Assembly: GCA_026770705.1 (NCBI GenBank)
Contig: JANJGN010000026.1
Coordinates: 27,342,001 to 27,406,000, forward strand
Reading direction: 5' to 3'
From: Isurus oxyrinchus
Taxonomy: Eukaryota
Length of the DNA stretch: 64,000 nt
Part shown: piece after piece, positions 51,251 to 63,904 of the stretch
Numbering within the stretch: position 1 is the first letter of the stretch
Layout: every line of letters begins with the position of its first letter
Made by a program: the position numbers and the translations under genes
Notes under the pieces: generated by a model
What the model was told of the DNA's origin: nothing
The model's input: the letters and a program-made list of their open reading frames with translations, nothing else
Databases searched by the model: none

Positions 51251-51374
51251 TAATAATTCCTGTAGCTGGACTGTAGTTTAATATTTTGATATGTGTTAAA
51301 TATAACAGGTTTTTTTCAAACACTGTGTCAGGTATTTGATTTCCCCAAGCTAAGAGGAGACTAATTGATGTACT

Positions 51375-53050
51375 TGTTGTGATATCACTTAAAGGGGATA
51401 TGTATATGAGCAAGTAACCAGGATGTAAAGCAGCATGTGAACTGCAGTGAATATTGTGTGTAGGATTCGCAGCTGTGCTGTCTCTCTGTGTAACTAGAGA
51501 TTCTAGCGTAGATTTTCTGCTGAGCTATCCTGTATTATATCTGTAAATAAACCAAACCTATGTATGGTTTACCAGTCCTATGTGTCAGATTGCTGAGTTT
51601 GACTGAAGAAGACACAGAAACACAACATGGCGGCAGCGATGGGTTTGAGAACTGCAGAACGAGCCACAGACAAGGTTTGGTGCAATACAGAGGCCATATG
51701 TGTATTGAAACCCTGGAAGACAGAGTCCGTCTACAAAAAGTGCTTTGCAGAACATTGAGTATCTGATTTGTGTGATTGCCAGACTGATGGTGAATGAGAG
51801 CAACAAGTCAGTTCAGAGTTGTGATGTGCAGTTGAGTTTGAATCTGGCAGTAGAAGCTGCAGGACCATTGAGACGGCCTCGGGTGCTATTCCTGCACAAA
51901 AGACAAAAGCACGTGAAGAACTGCAGCCAAAAAAAAGCAAGAAAATAAACACAACTGCATTGTGAACCTCTCCACAGAGTGATGAGGTTGCAAATCTCTT
52001 ACACATCGGGGGGGTCCAAAAAAGATTGGGAACATCAAGAAGTTGACCACCAAATTCCCCAACATGAGCTGGAAGGCCACATAGATCCTATCCATATTTA
52101 GGCTTTTCAAACTAAGGATGACACTATATCCATCATAGAACTGGGTAAACAAGGGGTGAAAATAAAGATAGCCATTGAACAGGAGGAGTTGCACAAAGTC
52201 AACAGTTGGGGCCTGCCTGAGGTGGATCAGTAGGACCCAGTTGAGCTGTGGAATATGTTGCAGGAGCAATTTCAGATAAGGTGAACTTCAGAATACACTG
52301 ATTGGACCTGATGGCTCACAGACAACAACCAAAGAATCAATCAATCAGTTCATGAGCAGGCACCATGATAAGGGCAAGGACTATGATTTTTCGGAAGCTG
52401 AGCTGCCTGAACGGATATTGGAGTTAGTTATAGCTTTAAAGTTGATGAGGCTTTCCAAAAACACCTTTTGAAGAAAAAGAAAGGTCATGATATTGACACA
52501 CTCCTGAAGGATGGCAAAAAATATGAAGCCATTATAGCTGGGCAACAACACCTGCAAGAATTAGGTGCACTGCCAGTATTGGTGCAGTAGCCAGGATGCA
52601 TAGAGCAAGCACATCCTATGGGAAGCATGGTCTGCTGTGAAACTCTCCTGCATTCCAATAAGTTTGTAAGTTATGTGGTGCAAAAGGACATTGGACTCGT
52701 CTGTGCAAGAAATCTGGTTCTGGATGTGTGACCAGAGGCAAGGTGCAGCCAAAGAAAAAGAATGTGCAGCACACTGGCAGCAGCAACAGTGCATCAGAGA
52801 CCCACATAAGCACAACGACAAAAATGAGATTCACGGCAAGACAGACCAGAGTGGAAAGATGTTCAACTGGAAAGTAAACAGGCTTTCCACATTGTCCATG
52901 TGACACAATGAGGATGAAGTCAAACAGTTAGAAGCTTCCATTACTATCAACATCATATTGTCCAAAGAAAATCGGCAAACAGATGCTTACAGCTAAAGTT
53001 GACAAGGGAGCAAGGTTGAATATCCTACCAGTCAGAATCCTGAAGAATAT
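51375..53050 (+). mobile_element. Gypsy-type LTR retrotransposon remnant: 5' LTR (51375-51627), PBS, decayed gag-protease
   Basis: TGTTGTG...CACAACA termini, internal AATAAA, PBS TGGCGGCAGCGATGGG, gag-like FRIH..DLM..RQ and protease-like AKVDKGA. Confidence 0.75.
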
Positions 53051-53054
53051 CACA

Positions 53055-56000
53055 GTCACAGAATTTTAATGGCACAGAAGGAGGGCATTTGTCTCTCCAA
53101 CTGAGCATTCTGACCTCGTGCCATTGCCCTACCTTTTCCCCATACCCCTGCACGTTGTTTCTATCCAAATAATCATCGAATGCCCTCTTGAATGGTTCAA
53201 TTGAACCTGGCTCCACCACACTTCCAGGCAGTGCATTCCAGACCCAAAGCACTCATTGTGTGTAAAAGTTTTTTCTCACGTCACATCTGCTTCTTTTGCA
53301 AATCACTTTAAATCTGTGCCCTCTTGTCTCTGGTCCATTTATGAGTGGGAACAGCTTCTCCCTTTCTACTCTGTCCACCCCATCATGATTTTGAACATCT
53401 CTATCAAATCTCCTCTTAGCCTTCTTCTCTCCAAGAAGAACAGACCCATCCTCTTCTATCTTCATAACTGAAGTTTCTCATTCCTAGAACTATTCTTGTA
53501 AACCTCTTCTGCACTCTCTCCAATGTGATCACATCCTTCCTATAAGATGGTGCCCAGACCTTTACACAATATTCCAGCTGAGATCTAATGAGTGTTTTAT
53601 ATAAATTCAGCATGACCTCCCTGCTCTTGTACTCTATGCCAGTATTAATAAAGCCCAGGATACTATATGCTTTATTAACTGATCTCTCCACCTGCCCTGT
53701 CATCTTCAATGATCAATGCACATAGACACCCAGGCCTTTCTGCTCCTACACTCATTCAAATTTCACCCCTCATTTTATATTGTTCATGTTCTTCCTACCA
53801 AATTGCATCACCCCACACAGACATTGAACTTCATTCCCCACCTATCTGTCCACTCCACCAACTTGTCTATGTCCTTTTGAAGTTCGACATTGTCCACCTC
53901 GCAGTTTCCAACACTCCCAAGCTTCGGATCATCTGCAAACTTTGAAATTTTCCCCTGCACACCAAGATCTAGATCATTAATATGTATCAAGAAAAGCAAG
54001 GGTCCGAATACTGACCCTGGGGAACTCCACCACAAACCTTCTCCAGCCAAAAAATCCATTGACCATTATTCTCTGCTTCCTAATTTTCAGCTAATTTTGC
54101 ATCCACGTTGCTACTGTCCCTTTTATTCCATGAGCAATAACTTTTCTCACAAGTCTGTTGTGTGGCACTGTATCAAATGCCTTTTGAAAGTCTATGTGCA
54201 CCACATCAAAGCACCTCATCGACCTTTTCTGTTACCTCTTCAAAGAACTCCAGCAAGTTATTTAAACAATATTTCCCATTTAGAAATCTATACTGGCTCT
54301 TCCTTCTCGACTCATCTTTTTCCATGTGATTACTAATTCTATCCCGAATAATTGTTTCTAGAATCTTGCCCATCACTTAAGTTAAACTGACTGGTCTGTA
54401 ATTGCTGGGCTTATCCTTACAACCTTTTTTTTAACAAGAGCATAATGTTTGCAATTCTCCAGTCGTCTGGCACCTTCCCTAAATCTAGTGAAGACTGAAA
54501 AATTATGGCCAGTGTCCTGCAATTTCTACTCTCACTTCCTTCAATATCCTTGGATGCATCTCATCTGGCCCTGGTGCTTTGTCAACCTTAAGCACCGACA
54601 GTCTAATCAACACTTCCTTCTTATCAATTTTGAAACCTTCTAGCGACATCTGCCACCATGGCCTGGGTAAAGATGGATGCAAAGTATTCATTTAAAACCT
54701 CAGCCATGGTCACTTCGACCATGTGTAAATTCCCTTTCTGGTCCCTAATCGGCCCTACTCCTCCTTTTACCACCCTTTTACTATTTATATGCCTGTAGAA
54801 TACTTTGGGAATCCCCTTCATCTTGGCTGCCAATCTTTTCTCATAATCCCTCTTCACTTCTCCATATGCTTTTTTCACTTCCCCTCTCAACCTCCTGTAT
54901 TCCTCTTGGTTCTCAATTGTATTTTCTACCTGACACCTGTCATTCGCACGTGTTTTCTTCTTTATTTTAATTCCTGCCTCCTTTTTCATCCAGGGAGCGC
55001 TGGACTTGTTTGCCCTACCTTTCCCTTTCGATGGAATATACCTTGACTGTGCCCAATCCAATTCTTTTTTGAAGGTAGCCCATTGTTCAGCCACAGTTTT
55101 TCCTGCCAATCTTTCATTCCAGTCTATCTGGCCCAGCTCCATTCTTGCCCTATTAAAGTCAGCTCTTGTCTAATTAATTATTACTCTGGATTGCTTATCA
55201 TCCTTTTCTATCATCATCCTAAAATGTACAAAACAATGATCACAGTCTCTTAAATCTTCCCCCACTGACACATTTCCAAGAACCAGGTCCAACAGTGCAA
55301 CTTTTCATGTTGGACATACTGCTGTAGAAAATGTTTTTGAATACAATCTAGGAACTTCTGCCCCTCTCCACCCTTTACACTACCACTGTCCCAGTCTACC
55401 TTAGGATAATAAAGTCACCCAGTATAACTACTCTATAATGCTTGCATCTCTCTGCAGTTTCGTTGCAGATTTGTTCTTCTACGTCCTTCTCACTGGTTGG
55501 TGGTCTATAGACTACACCAAGCAATGTACTTGCATCTTTTTGCTCCTTAGCTCTCGCCAAATTGTTTTTTTCCTTAAACCCTCTGGGACATCCTCTTTCT
55601 CCAGTACTGCAATGCTCTCCTTAACCAACACCTTGTACCCGGGAATATTTAACAACCAGTTCTGCCCCTCCTTGAGCCAGGTCTCTTTTATCGCCACAAC
55701 GTCATATTTCAACATGGCAATCTGCACCTGTAACTCACAACCCTATTTATTTACTTTGTGCATTCGCATACATGCATAGTACCCCAGATTTAGATTTTGT
55801 TCCCTTCTCCCTCACCCTGACTTCACCTATCAACTTACTCTTCTCTGTACTTGTGCTTTCTGTCCCTCCCAATATTTTGTTCACCCTGGTATCTCTAATA
55901 TTTTCTCTTGGATCCCACACCCCTGCTGAGTTAGTTTAAAGCTCTCCCAACAGCACTAGCAAAGCACCCCGCAAGGAACTCAGTCCTAGCTCTGTTCAGG

Positions 56001-56210
56001 TGCAACCTGTCTGGCTTGTACAGGTGTTATGTCCTCCAGATGCAGCCCCGGTGTCCAAGGAATCTTAAGCCCTCCCTCCTGCACCATCTTTCCAGCCACA
56101 CACTCATCTGCCTTATCCTCCTATTTCTGTACTGACTGGCATGAGGCACTGGAAGTAATTCAGAGATTACTGCATTTGAGGACCTGCTTGCTAATTTTCT
56201 ACCTAGCTCC
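53055..56210 (-). mobile_element. CR1 LINE (decayed, ~3.1 kb)
   Basis: YDVVAIKETWL, KAPGPDEMHPRILKE, KFADDPK, LYKTLIRSQLEYC motifs. Confidence 0.9.
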
Positions 56211-57099
56211 TTCTTTATCTGGAAATCAAATGCCCGTAGTATAATTGTCCCAGCAGTTAACAGGCTCCTGTGAACTCCACCATCTGCTATTTCATTGCAG
56301 ACTTCTGAATTTTTTTAAAAAATTGTTTTATTTTAAATGAATTAACACCAGCCTTAAATCTGTAGATTTGGGACTGTCACAGGAACACTTTAAATCTTCA
56401 CAGAACCACAGTCATTTTCAGGCTTAAACCTAATCCTGCTGTTTCACTTTCACTCAGGAACAGATCACAATTTTACACCAATCTCTGATTTGGCAGCACG
56501 TTTTTAGCTTTCATTGTTCTTCTTCCTGACTTGAAACACAGTTGTGAAGGAGCCTTCTGTTCTGTGCCGAGGAGCTCTGAACCATGACAGTCTAACATAC
56601 CCAGAATTCTCCGCACCGGTGAATACAGTCTACTTCCATCAGAAGGGCCGCAACGTGCAGGTGTGGAAAGACCCCAGCCTAGAGCTGCACCGCGCATGCT
56701 CCACATCTCCCACATCTGCGCATTGCGGCTCTTCTGATGGAGCTAGGCTGTATTCACCAGTTTCCAGGAGCTCCAAGTATGGTTTTCACACATTTCTGTG
56801 CCAAGGACGAGGTGTTTAAAGATTATTCATTTCCCACTTGCATATCGATTTTTGTTAAAGATAGATTTACTTCCTCAATATTACGTACGTTTCAGACACT
56901 GTAATGGGCAATTTCCACTCTTATTTCTAGGGGCATAAAGGGGGGCTGTGCACTTGGGTTTCTGTAAAATTTGGTTCCTAATTTTATGATTGCCCGACCC
57001 CCTCCCCAATCTCCACATCATAGCAAAGAACCACCATGCACTAATTGGGACTTGCGATGGCGGAGACTTTACCCAGCATTCCACGTAGCGGTGAAAGTC

Positions 57100-57545
57100 C
57101 CCTATCCACACCATTGGGGCGAGCTGGGCAAGCGCGGTCCCGCCCAATGTTTGAAGCATGCGCAGTGCGAGTAATGGCGCTGAGAGGACGTTATTTTTCT
57201 CGCATCTGCAGCCGGTAATGATTTGGAAACGTGGAAGGAGCGATGAACCGGCGGGTGGATGAAGAGGCTTTCTAAACACCTGGTAGAGGCCTCAAACCCT
57301 GAAACCCCTCTAGCTCCCGCGTCTGCAGCTCCGGGTCATTTTCCCGTGAACAGGCCCAATTTAATGGACGCCCTTGGCTCGTCGGGCAGCAGAGCGCACG
57401 CGCGACAAAAACAGTAACTGCTGGAAAAATTCAGCAGGTCCGACAGCAGCTGCGGAGAGAGAATCGGTTAACGTTTCGAGTCCGTATGACTTCTTCAGAG
57501 CGCATGCGCAGCTTGGTGACGTAACAGCGTCTGGGCGGGGCATCA
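57100..57545 (+). promoter_or_regulatory. CpG island/promoter and likely non-coding first exon of the intact ZNF gene
   Basis: CpG-rich; GCATGCGCA (NRF1-like) at ~57157 and ~57502; ~1 kb upstream of the ZNF ORF. Confidence 0.6.
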
Positions 57546-57900
57546 GGGTCTCTGCTCCCAACCGGGTCCTAGTGCCCAGAAGGAGTATTGTGGGGCAGCA
57601 GGTTTTTGATCAGCTTCACCCACTTCCAGACTGCAGGTTATGTTTGCGGCCGAGAGGAGTCCATGAGAAATGTGTATATTCAGTGGGAGAGGTTGCAGCC
57701 CCTGTATAGCTGCTTGAAGGGGCTGTTTCTCCTCTTTTGGGCACACTTTAGCCCCATGGTCCTTACCTTTGCTCTGTGTGGTGGGGGCTGGGTAGGTCAG
57801 AGGATCTTGTGCTGGACCTGCTCTGGGTCCTGGTTAAAGCAGCAATTTGTAGACCCAGGATGGTTGGGGCCCATGGGCAAGGGAGTCACTCTGGCTGACG
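57545..57900 (+). mobile_element. Tx1/L1-like ORF2 C-terminal fragment
   Basis: CGREESMRNVYIQWERLQPLYSCLKGLFLLFWAHFSP resembles the Tx1 CCHC region. Confidence 0.45.
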
Positions 57901-58499
57901 GCTCTCTTCTGTGGTCTTGACCATGCCCGGGTGGCTCTGGAGAGGGATCATGTGGTATCCACCAGTACTTTAGATACCTTCCATAACCGGTGTGCACCTC
58001 AGGGTACAAAGTGTCTTAGAGACACTGGTAAAAACATTCTGGTTTAGTTGGGAAGATTCCCTTTGCTTTTGTTGGGATTTTGTTGCTGACTTTGGCGTCT
58101 TTTAGTTTGATTGAACCACATGTTTGGACCACAAGAGAAGCTAGAATTATATACTCTGAATTTCTAGCCTGGATTGCTTGTGATACTGACACCGTCAACT
58201 CCTTTTGCAGATATTACGAGGAGAGGATTTGACTGAGTCTATCGATTCAACAGGATCTGAATATAATTGATATTTCAATGTGGAAAGAGAAATATTTGTC
58301 TGTGAGACACGTTCCAACCCGAGTGTGTGTTTCAGTGAACTGACTGTGGAAAGAGCTTTAACCAGTTACGCAGCCTGAAGAAAACATCGCACTATTCAGT
58401 GGGGAGAAACCATAAATGTGTTCTGTGAGGACAAGGCTTCTGTGAGGACAAGGCTTCAACTCATCAGCTAACCTGGAGAGACCCAAGGACACTGGTACC

Positions 58500-59426
58500 A
58501 TGGAGAAACCATGGAAATGTGGGGACTGTGGAAAAGTATTTGCGTGCCCGTCTGTGTTGGAAATTCATCAACGCACTCACACTGGGGAGAGGCCATTCAC
58601 TTGCTCCATGTGTGGGAAGGGATTCACTCGATTAACCTACCTCACTTCACACCAACTTGTTCACTTAGACATGAGACCTTTTAAATGTTCCAACTGTGAG
58701 AAGAGGTTTAAAAGCAAAAATAATCTGCTGGCACACCAGCGAGTTCACACTGGGGAGAAACCATTCACCTGCTTGGAGTGCGGGAAGGGATTCACTCGCT
58801 CATCCCACCTGCTGATGCACCAGTGCATTCACACTGGGGAAAAACCATTCAGCTGCTCTGAGTGTGGGAAGGGATTCACTCAGTTAAGCACCCTCACTTC
58901 CCACCAGCATGTTCACTCTGACAAAATACTTTTCATATGTTCTGAATGCGAGAAGTGCTTTAAAAGCAAAAAGATTCTGCTGAGACACCAGCGTATTCAC
59001 ACTGGGGAGAAACTGTTCATCTGCTCCGAGTGTGGGAAGGGATTCAACCGGTCATCCAGCCTGCTGACACACCAGCGAGTTCACACTGGGGTGAAACCGT
59101 TCACATGCTCCGAGTGTGGGAAGGGATTCACTCAGCTCACCCACCTCACTTCACATGAACGTGTTCACTCTGACACACGATCTTTCAAATGTTCCGACTG
59201 TGAGAAGAGCTTTAAAGGCAAAATTGATCTGCTAAGACACCAGCACACTCACACTGGAGAGAGGCCGTTCCCCTGCTCTGTGTGTGGTAAGGGATTCACT
59301 CACCCATCCCACCGGTTGACACACCAGCGCATTCACAGTGGGGAGAGACCATTCATCTGCTCCGTGTGTGGTAAGAGATTCACTCGTTTATCCACCCTGC
59401 AGACACACGAGCGAGTTCACAAGTGA
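58500..59426 (+). CDS. C2H2 zinc-finger protein, 11 fingers, 308 aa, no KRAB/SCAN visible
   Basis: Uninterrupted [15 protein letters not shown]... with TGE(K/R)P linkers; TTTTGCAG acceptor at ~58210; AATAAA ~59573. Confidence 0.92.
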   Translation: MEKPWKCGDCGKVFACPSVLEIHQRTHTGERPFTCSMCGKGFTRLTYLTSHQLVHLDMRPFKCSNCEKRFKSKNNLLAHQRVHTGEKPFTCLECGKGFTRSSHLLMHQCIHTGEKPFSCSECGKGFTQLSTLTSHQHVHSDKILFICSECEKCFKSKKILLRHQRIHTGEKLFICSECGKGFNRSSSLLTHQRVHTGVKPFTCSECGKGFTQLTHLTSHERVHSDTRSFKCSDCEKSFKGKIDLLRHQHTHTGERPFPCSVCGKGFTHPSHRLTHQRIHSGERPFICSVCGKRFTRLSTLQTHERVHK

Positions 59427-59689
59427 CTCGAAGGGGTTGGATTCTGCTGTTATCGCTGCCGTTAATCACAACCAGGACTGAACCATGCTCATTCTGATAG
59501 TTGGAGTTTATTTCAGTTGATGTTAATAATTCCTGTAACTGGGCTGGAGTTTAATATTCTGGATATAGGTTAAATAAATCAGCTATATGTCAAACACATC
59601 GTGCTTGAGTCCTTGATTTCTCTAAGATCAGAGGAGACTGGTTGATTTCCTGTTACCGACTGTTCCATTTTTGGGCCTTTTCTCCTTTG

Positions 59690-60150
59690 TTAATGGAGAC
59701 TTGTATTTATATAGTGCCTTTCACAATTTCAGGATGTCCCAAAGTGCTTTGCAGCTAATGAAGTTCTTTTGAAGTGTAATCACTGCTGTAATGTTGAAAA
59801 TACAGTTGCCAAATTGTGCAGAGCAAGATCCCACGAATAGAAATGTGATTGTGACTAGATAATCCATTCAGTGGTGTTTGTTGAGTGATAAATATGAAGC
59901 ACTACACCAGGGAGAACTCCCCTGCTCTTTGGAATAACATCCTGGGAACTTTTACACCCAACTGAGAGGGCAGATGGGGCCATGGGTGAAGGACTCATCT
60001 GGAAGATGGGACCTCTCACAGTGCAGTGCTCCCTCAGTACTGCATCAAAATGTCAACCTGCAATTTCTGCTCATGTTTCTTGATGTGAATTTGAACCCAC
60101 ACCCTCCTGACTCAGAGATAAGAATGCAGCCACTGAACCACAACTAACAC
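59690..60150 (-). mobile_element. SINE (Deu/tRNA-derived type)
   Basis: Reverse-strand tRNA-like head (TTTGAACCCAC..CCTGACTCAGAG) and conserved central body; related copy at ~37200-37520. Confidence 0.6.
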
Positions 60151-60399
60151 CTCATCATTATGCTAGATTATTTCAGTTCTCATACCTTCAGTTACTCTCA
60201 TGGACAAGTGTAAGATTTTAGTCTGGGAGTCACAGATTACCCAAAAATGGGATCGAAGTCATAGGTGATTTTAAAGCATTTAATTAAGAAACAAAAGTTT
60301 AGATATGATACATCAGTTAAAAACACAGAAAAGACATACAACCCATAATGGGTGAGAATGGTTTACTGGTCCCTGATTGGACAAATGGATGGGGAGAAG

Positions 60400-60710
60400 C
60401 AGGGGGATGCTGATCTCCGTGGCTGGAGGTGACAGTCTCCTCGGAATGGTTTACTAGTTCCAGATCAGGAGGATGCTGATCTCCGTGGCTGGAGGTGGCA
60501 GTCTCCTCGGAATAGTTTACTGGTCCCGGATCAGGGGGATGCTGATCTCCATGGCTGGAGGTAGCAGTCTCCTCAGAATGGTTTACTGGTCCCGGATCAG
60601 GGGGATGCTGATCTCCATGGCTGGAGGTGGCAGTCTCCTCAGAATGGTTTACTGGTCCCGGATCAGACAGACAGGTGAAACTGATCTCCATGGCTGGACA
60701 TGGCAGTTTC
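60400..60710. repeat. 66-bp tandem repeat, ~4.5 copies, inside a possible LTR-like element (~60195-61121)
   Basis: GAATGGTTTACTGGTCCCGGATCAGGGGGATGCTGATCTCCATGGCTGGAGGTGGCAGTCTCCTCA repeated. Confidence 0.9.
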
Positions 60711-62399
60711 ATCTTTTCTCAGTCTCTTTGAGCCGAAGTGCTTGGCCAAATCCAGCATAGATCACATTGAGAAGCTGTTTCTTGTCTGAAGTGATTTCTT
60801 GGAAGGCCATTCGTGTACCTTATTTCTGGGGGTCTTTTGTCAATAACTTATTCACTTGTCCATTAGCATGGGACAGATATTCAAGGTAATCGCTCTTGTT
60901 TCCATCAGAAATCCATGAATCATTTCATGGCTCATCACTTCCTAGGACATTCTGTTTAACCTTTACTCAGACAGTTGGTTTACACATGGACTGCGGTGGT
61001 TCAAGAAAGTCGCTCACTGCCACCTTCTCAAGGGCATTTAGGGATGGGCAATAAATGCTGGCTTAGCCAGAGATGCCCACATCCCGTGAACGAATAATAA
61101 AAAATAACATGGTTCATGAGAACCCCCAATCTGAGTTTTCACAACTGACCCAGCCATTTCTAAGCTACTAGTTTATTTTCCTAATTTTTTGATTACATAC
61201 TGTCGATAACATACTAAAGCCACTAGAATTAGAAGAATCAGCAACACAAAACCCTTGAGCTGCCACCAAGAATACATGTAAAAACTTTCCAAGTAAAACA
61301 TGATAATTATTGACTTTGGTTCATCCTCCCCACCTGTATCTCGCACAATTCTAAATTATTGGCATGTTGTAAATACATATGGTTCAAACAAAAGTTCATG
61401 CATGGACTTTAAAGATTCTTCAGCTCTCTGTTCACTTGCATCCACCTTGTAGATATTTTCTAAATCCAGATTCTATATGCCCCTTCACTTTAATTTTCTC
61501 CCTCTGATAGAGACCAGTGTGATTAATTTTATCTGGACTGTTTTAAAGTCAGTCTCTCTATGGAGTTTGTGTCAATATCTTGATGATTTAAATGTTGTCT
61601 CATTCTCCTGACCACATTATCCACTTCAATTAGATGCTGTTGTCGAGTATTGAGCATATCTGGGACCTGTTCTTCAGTGCAGGGTCAACTTGTATTTCCC
61701 TGTGTTAGTTAATCCAATACATAACAAATCACATCTGCACACTCACACCAGTATCTTATATTGATATAAATCACTCTAGACTTTTAGGTAAACTTACCAA
61801 AGATCAGGGGTGTGAGGGTGCAGTGGTGTCTCTCCTAAGATCTTTGCTTATCTCCCTCTGCATGTTGTGATGCCTCAGCTAATGGCCAGATGCAGTTTTC
61901 TGAAATAGCTCAGAGGCAAGAATACAAGCATCTCCAAGAGATTTACTAGTTTCATGTACACTTCCATTGGAATGTACACGGATGCCAGATTTGTTCCTTG
62001 ATAATTTACTTTCATAATGAAGGTACCACTGTGAAGAATGTGTAAGTTATGATAATCATCAACAAGGATTATTCAGCACTTTCTAATTGAAAATGTTAAT
62101 CAGTGGAGCCCTTCAAACACTGAATTGTAGATTTTTCACCAAAGATCAACTTAGGATTGAAGTAAAAGCTCATAATGCTATTGTAAGTGAGTTCCTGTCG
62201 AGAGTTCTTGAATTAAGAGGAAAGATCTCAGAAAGTACCTTAAAAAAGGGCATTGCAGCCCCGAAAATCAACGACAATTTCAAAATATTAAACTCCAGTC
62301 AGATATAGGGATTGTTAATACCAGCAGAAACAAACCTAATAATGTCAGACTATCAATGCTGGATGTGATTAACAGCAGCAATAAGAGCAGAATCCAACC

Positions 62400-63200
62400 C
62401 CTGCAGTTATTTATGAACTTGCTGGTGCCTCCACTCTTTAGCTGCCTCAGCAAACCCTTTTCCACACACTGAGCAAGTGAACAGTATCGCCCTAGTATGA
62501 ATTATCTGGTGTATTACCAAGTTGGAGGACTTGGTGAATCCCTTCCCACACAGAGCAGATGAACGACCTCTCCCCGGTGTGACCTCGCTGGTGTTCAATG
62601 AGGTTGGATGAAGACCTGAAATTCTTTCCACAGGAAGTGCAGCTGAATGGCCTCTCCCGAGTGTGAACTCCTTGGTGATACTGGAGGCTGGATAACCGAG
62701 CAAATTCCTCCCCACACACGGTGCAGGTGTACGGTGTGCAGTAAGGTTGGCTGAAGATCTGAACCTCTTTCCACAGTAAGTACAGCTGAATGGCTTCTCA
62801 GTGTGAATAAGCTGGTGTGTCAGCAGATGGGATGAATTTGTGAATCCCTTCACACACACGAAGCAGGTGAATGGCCTGCCTCGTGTGAACTCGGTGTAAT
62901 GTGAGGCTGGCTAATTGAGTAAATCCCTTCCCGCACACAGAGCAGGTGTACGGCTTCTCCCCGGTGTGAATGCGTTGATGGTTTTTCAGCAGGGATGGGT
63001 AATAAAATCCTTTACCACAGTCTTCACATTTCCATGGTTTCTCCATGGTGCTGGCCCCAATGTGACTGCGTCGATGGATTTCATGATGGAATGGATAATT
63101 GAATCTTTTCCCACAATCCTCACATTTCCACGGTTTCTCCATAAAGCCGGAGCCCTCCGGATAATCAGTTGAAGCCTTGTGCACACACAGAACACGTGTA
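62400..63200 (-). pseudogene. C2H2 zinc-finger pseudogene (frameshifted)
   Basis: Fingers spread over ORFs 62798-63184, 62407-62859 and 62492-62719 in different frames. Confidence 0.85.
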
Positions 63201-63749
63201 CACTTTCTCCCAGCTGTGAATGGTGTGATGTTTTTTCAGGCTGTCTAATTGGTTAAAGCTCTTTCAGTTAGTTCACTGGAACACTCAATTGGGTGTGTGT
63301 GTGTCTTGATGCTTTTTCAGTTACACTGATGTTTGAAATCTTTTCCCACAGACAGAATGGAGAAACATTTCTCTTTCTAATTTCAGAGGCCGATGATATT
63401 CAGATCCTGGTGAATGGAGTGACTGTCAGATCTTGACGTGATGTTTGGTTTGAGTTTCCGGTCTGCAAATCCTCCTTCTACCATCCTGTAAATAGAGTTC
63501 CAAAAAAGTCATCACTGTAAGTTTAGGGTAGAAATTTGGAACAGACAATTTTAGTTTCCATGAAACATTTTTTCCTCTCCTGGTTTCCCAAAGCTGTAAA
63601 TCCCTGTCCCACACACTCTCCCTCTTCCCTGGGCTGAAATCTGAATGAAGTGTTGGATAATTCTTTTTGTAATCTTTTAACAAATTTGTACAATGAGAGC
63701 TAGCAACATGTTTGATAATTCACTTCATTCATGACATTAACCTGAATCA

Positions 63750-63904
63750 GAATTACCTGGAAAAGTAAAAGAAGTTCTACTGAAGGGTCATGAGGACTTG
63801 AAACGTCAACTCTTTTCTTCTCCGCCGATGCTGCCAGACCTGCTGAGTTTTTCCGGGTAATTCTGTTTTTGTTTTGGATTTCCAGCATCCAGTTTTTTGT
63901 TTTT
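63750..63904 (+). mobile_element. Short Penelope-like insertion with 15-nt inverted head; 14-bp TSD
   Basis: ATTAACCTGAATCA at 63736-63749 and 63905-63918; GAATTACCTGGAAAA inverted copy at its 5' end. Confidence 0.85.

Noticed and set aside
50889-51281. Functional 130-aa ZNF gene
   Set aside because: Non-ATG start; upstream fingers are broken by a stop and frameshifts, and the last finger is frameshifted.
60317-60712. 131-aa repeat protein
   Set aside because: Translation of the 66-bp tandem repeat, with no splice or promoter support.
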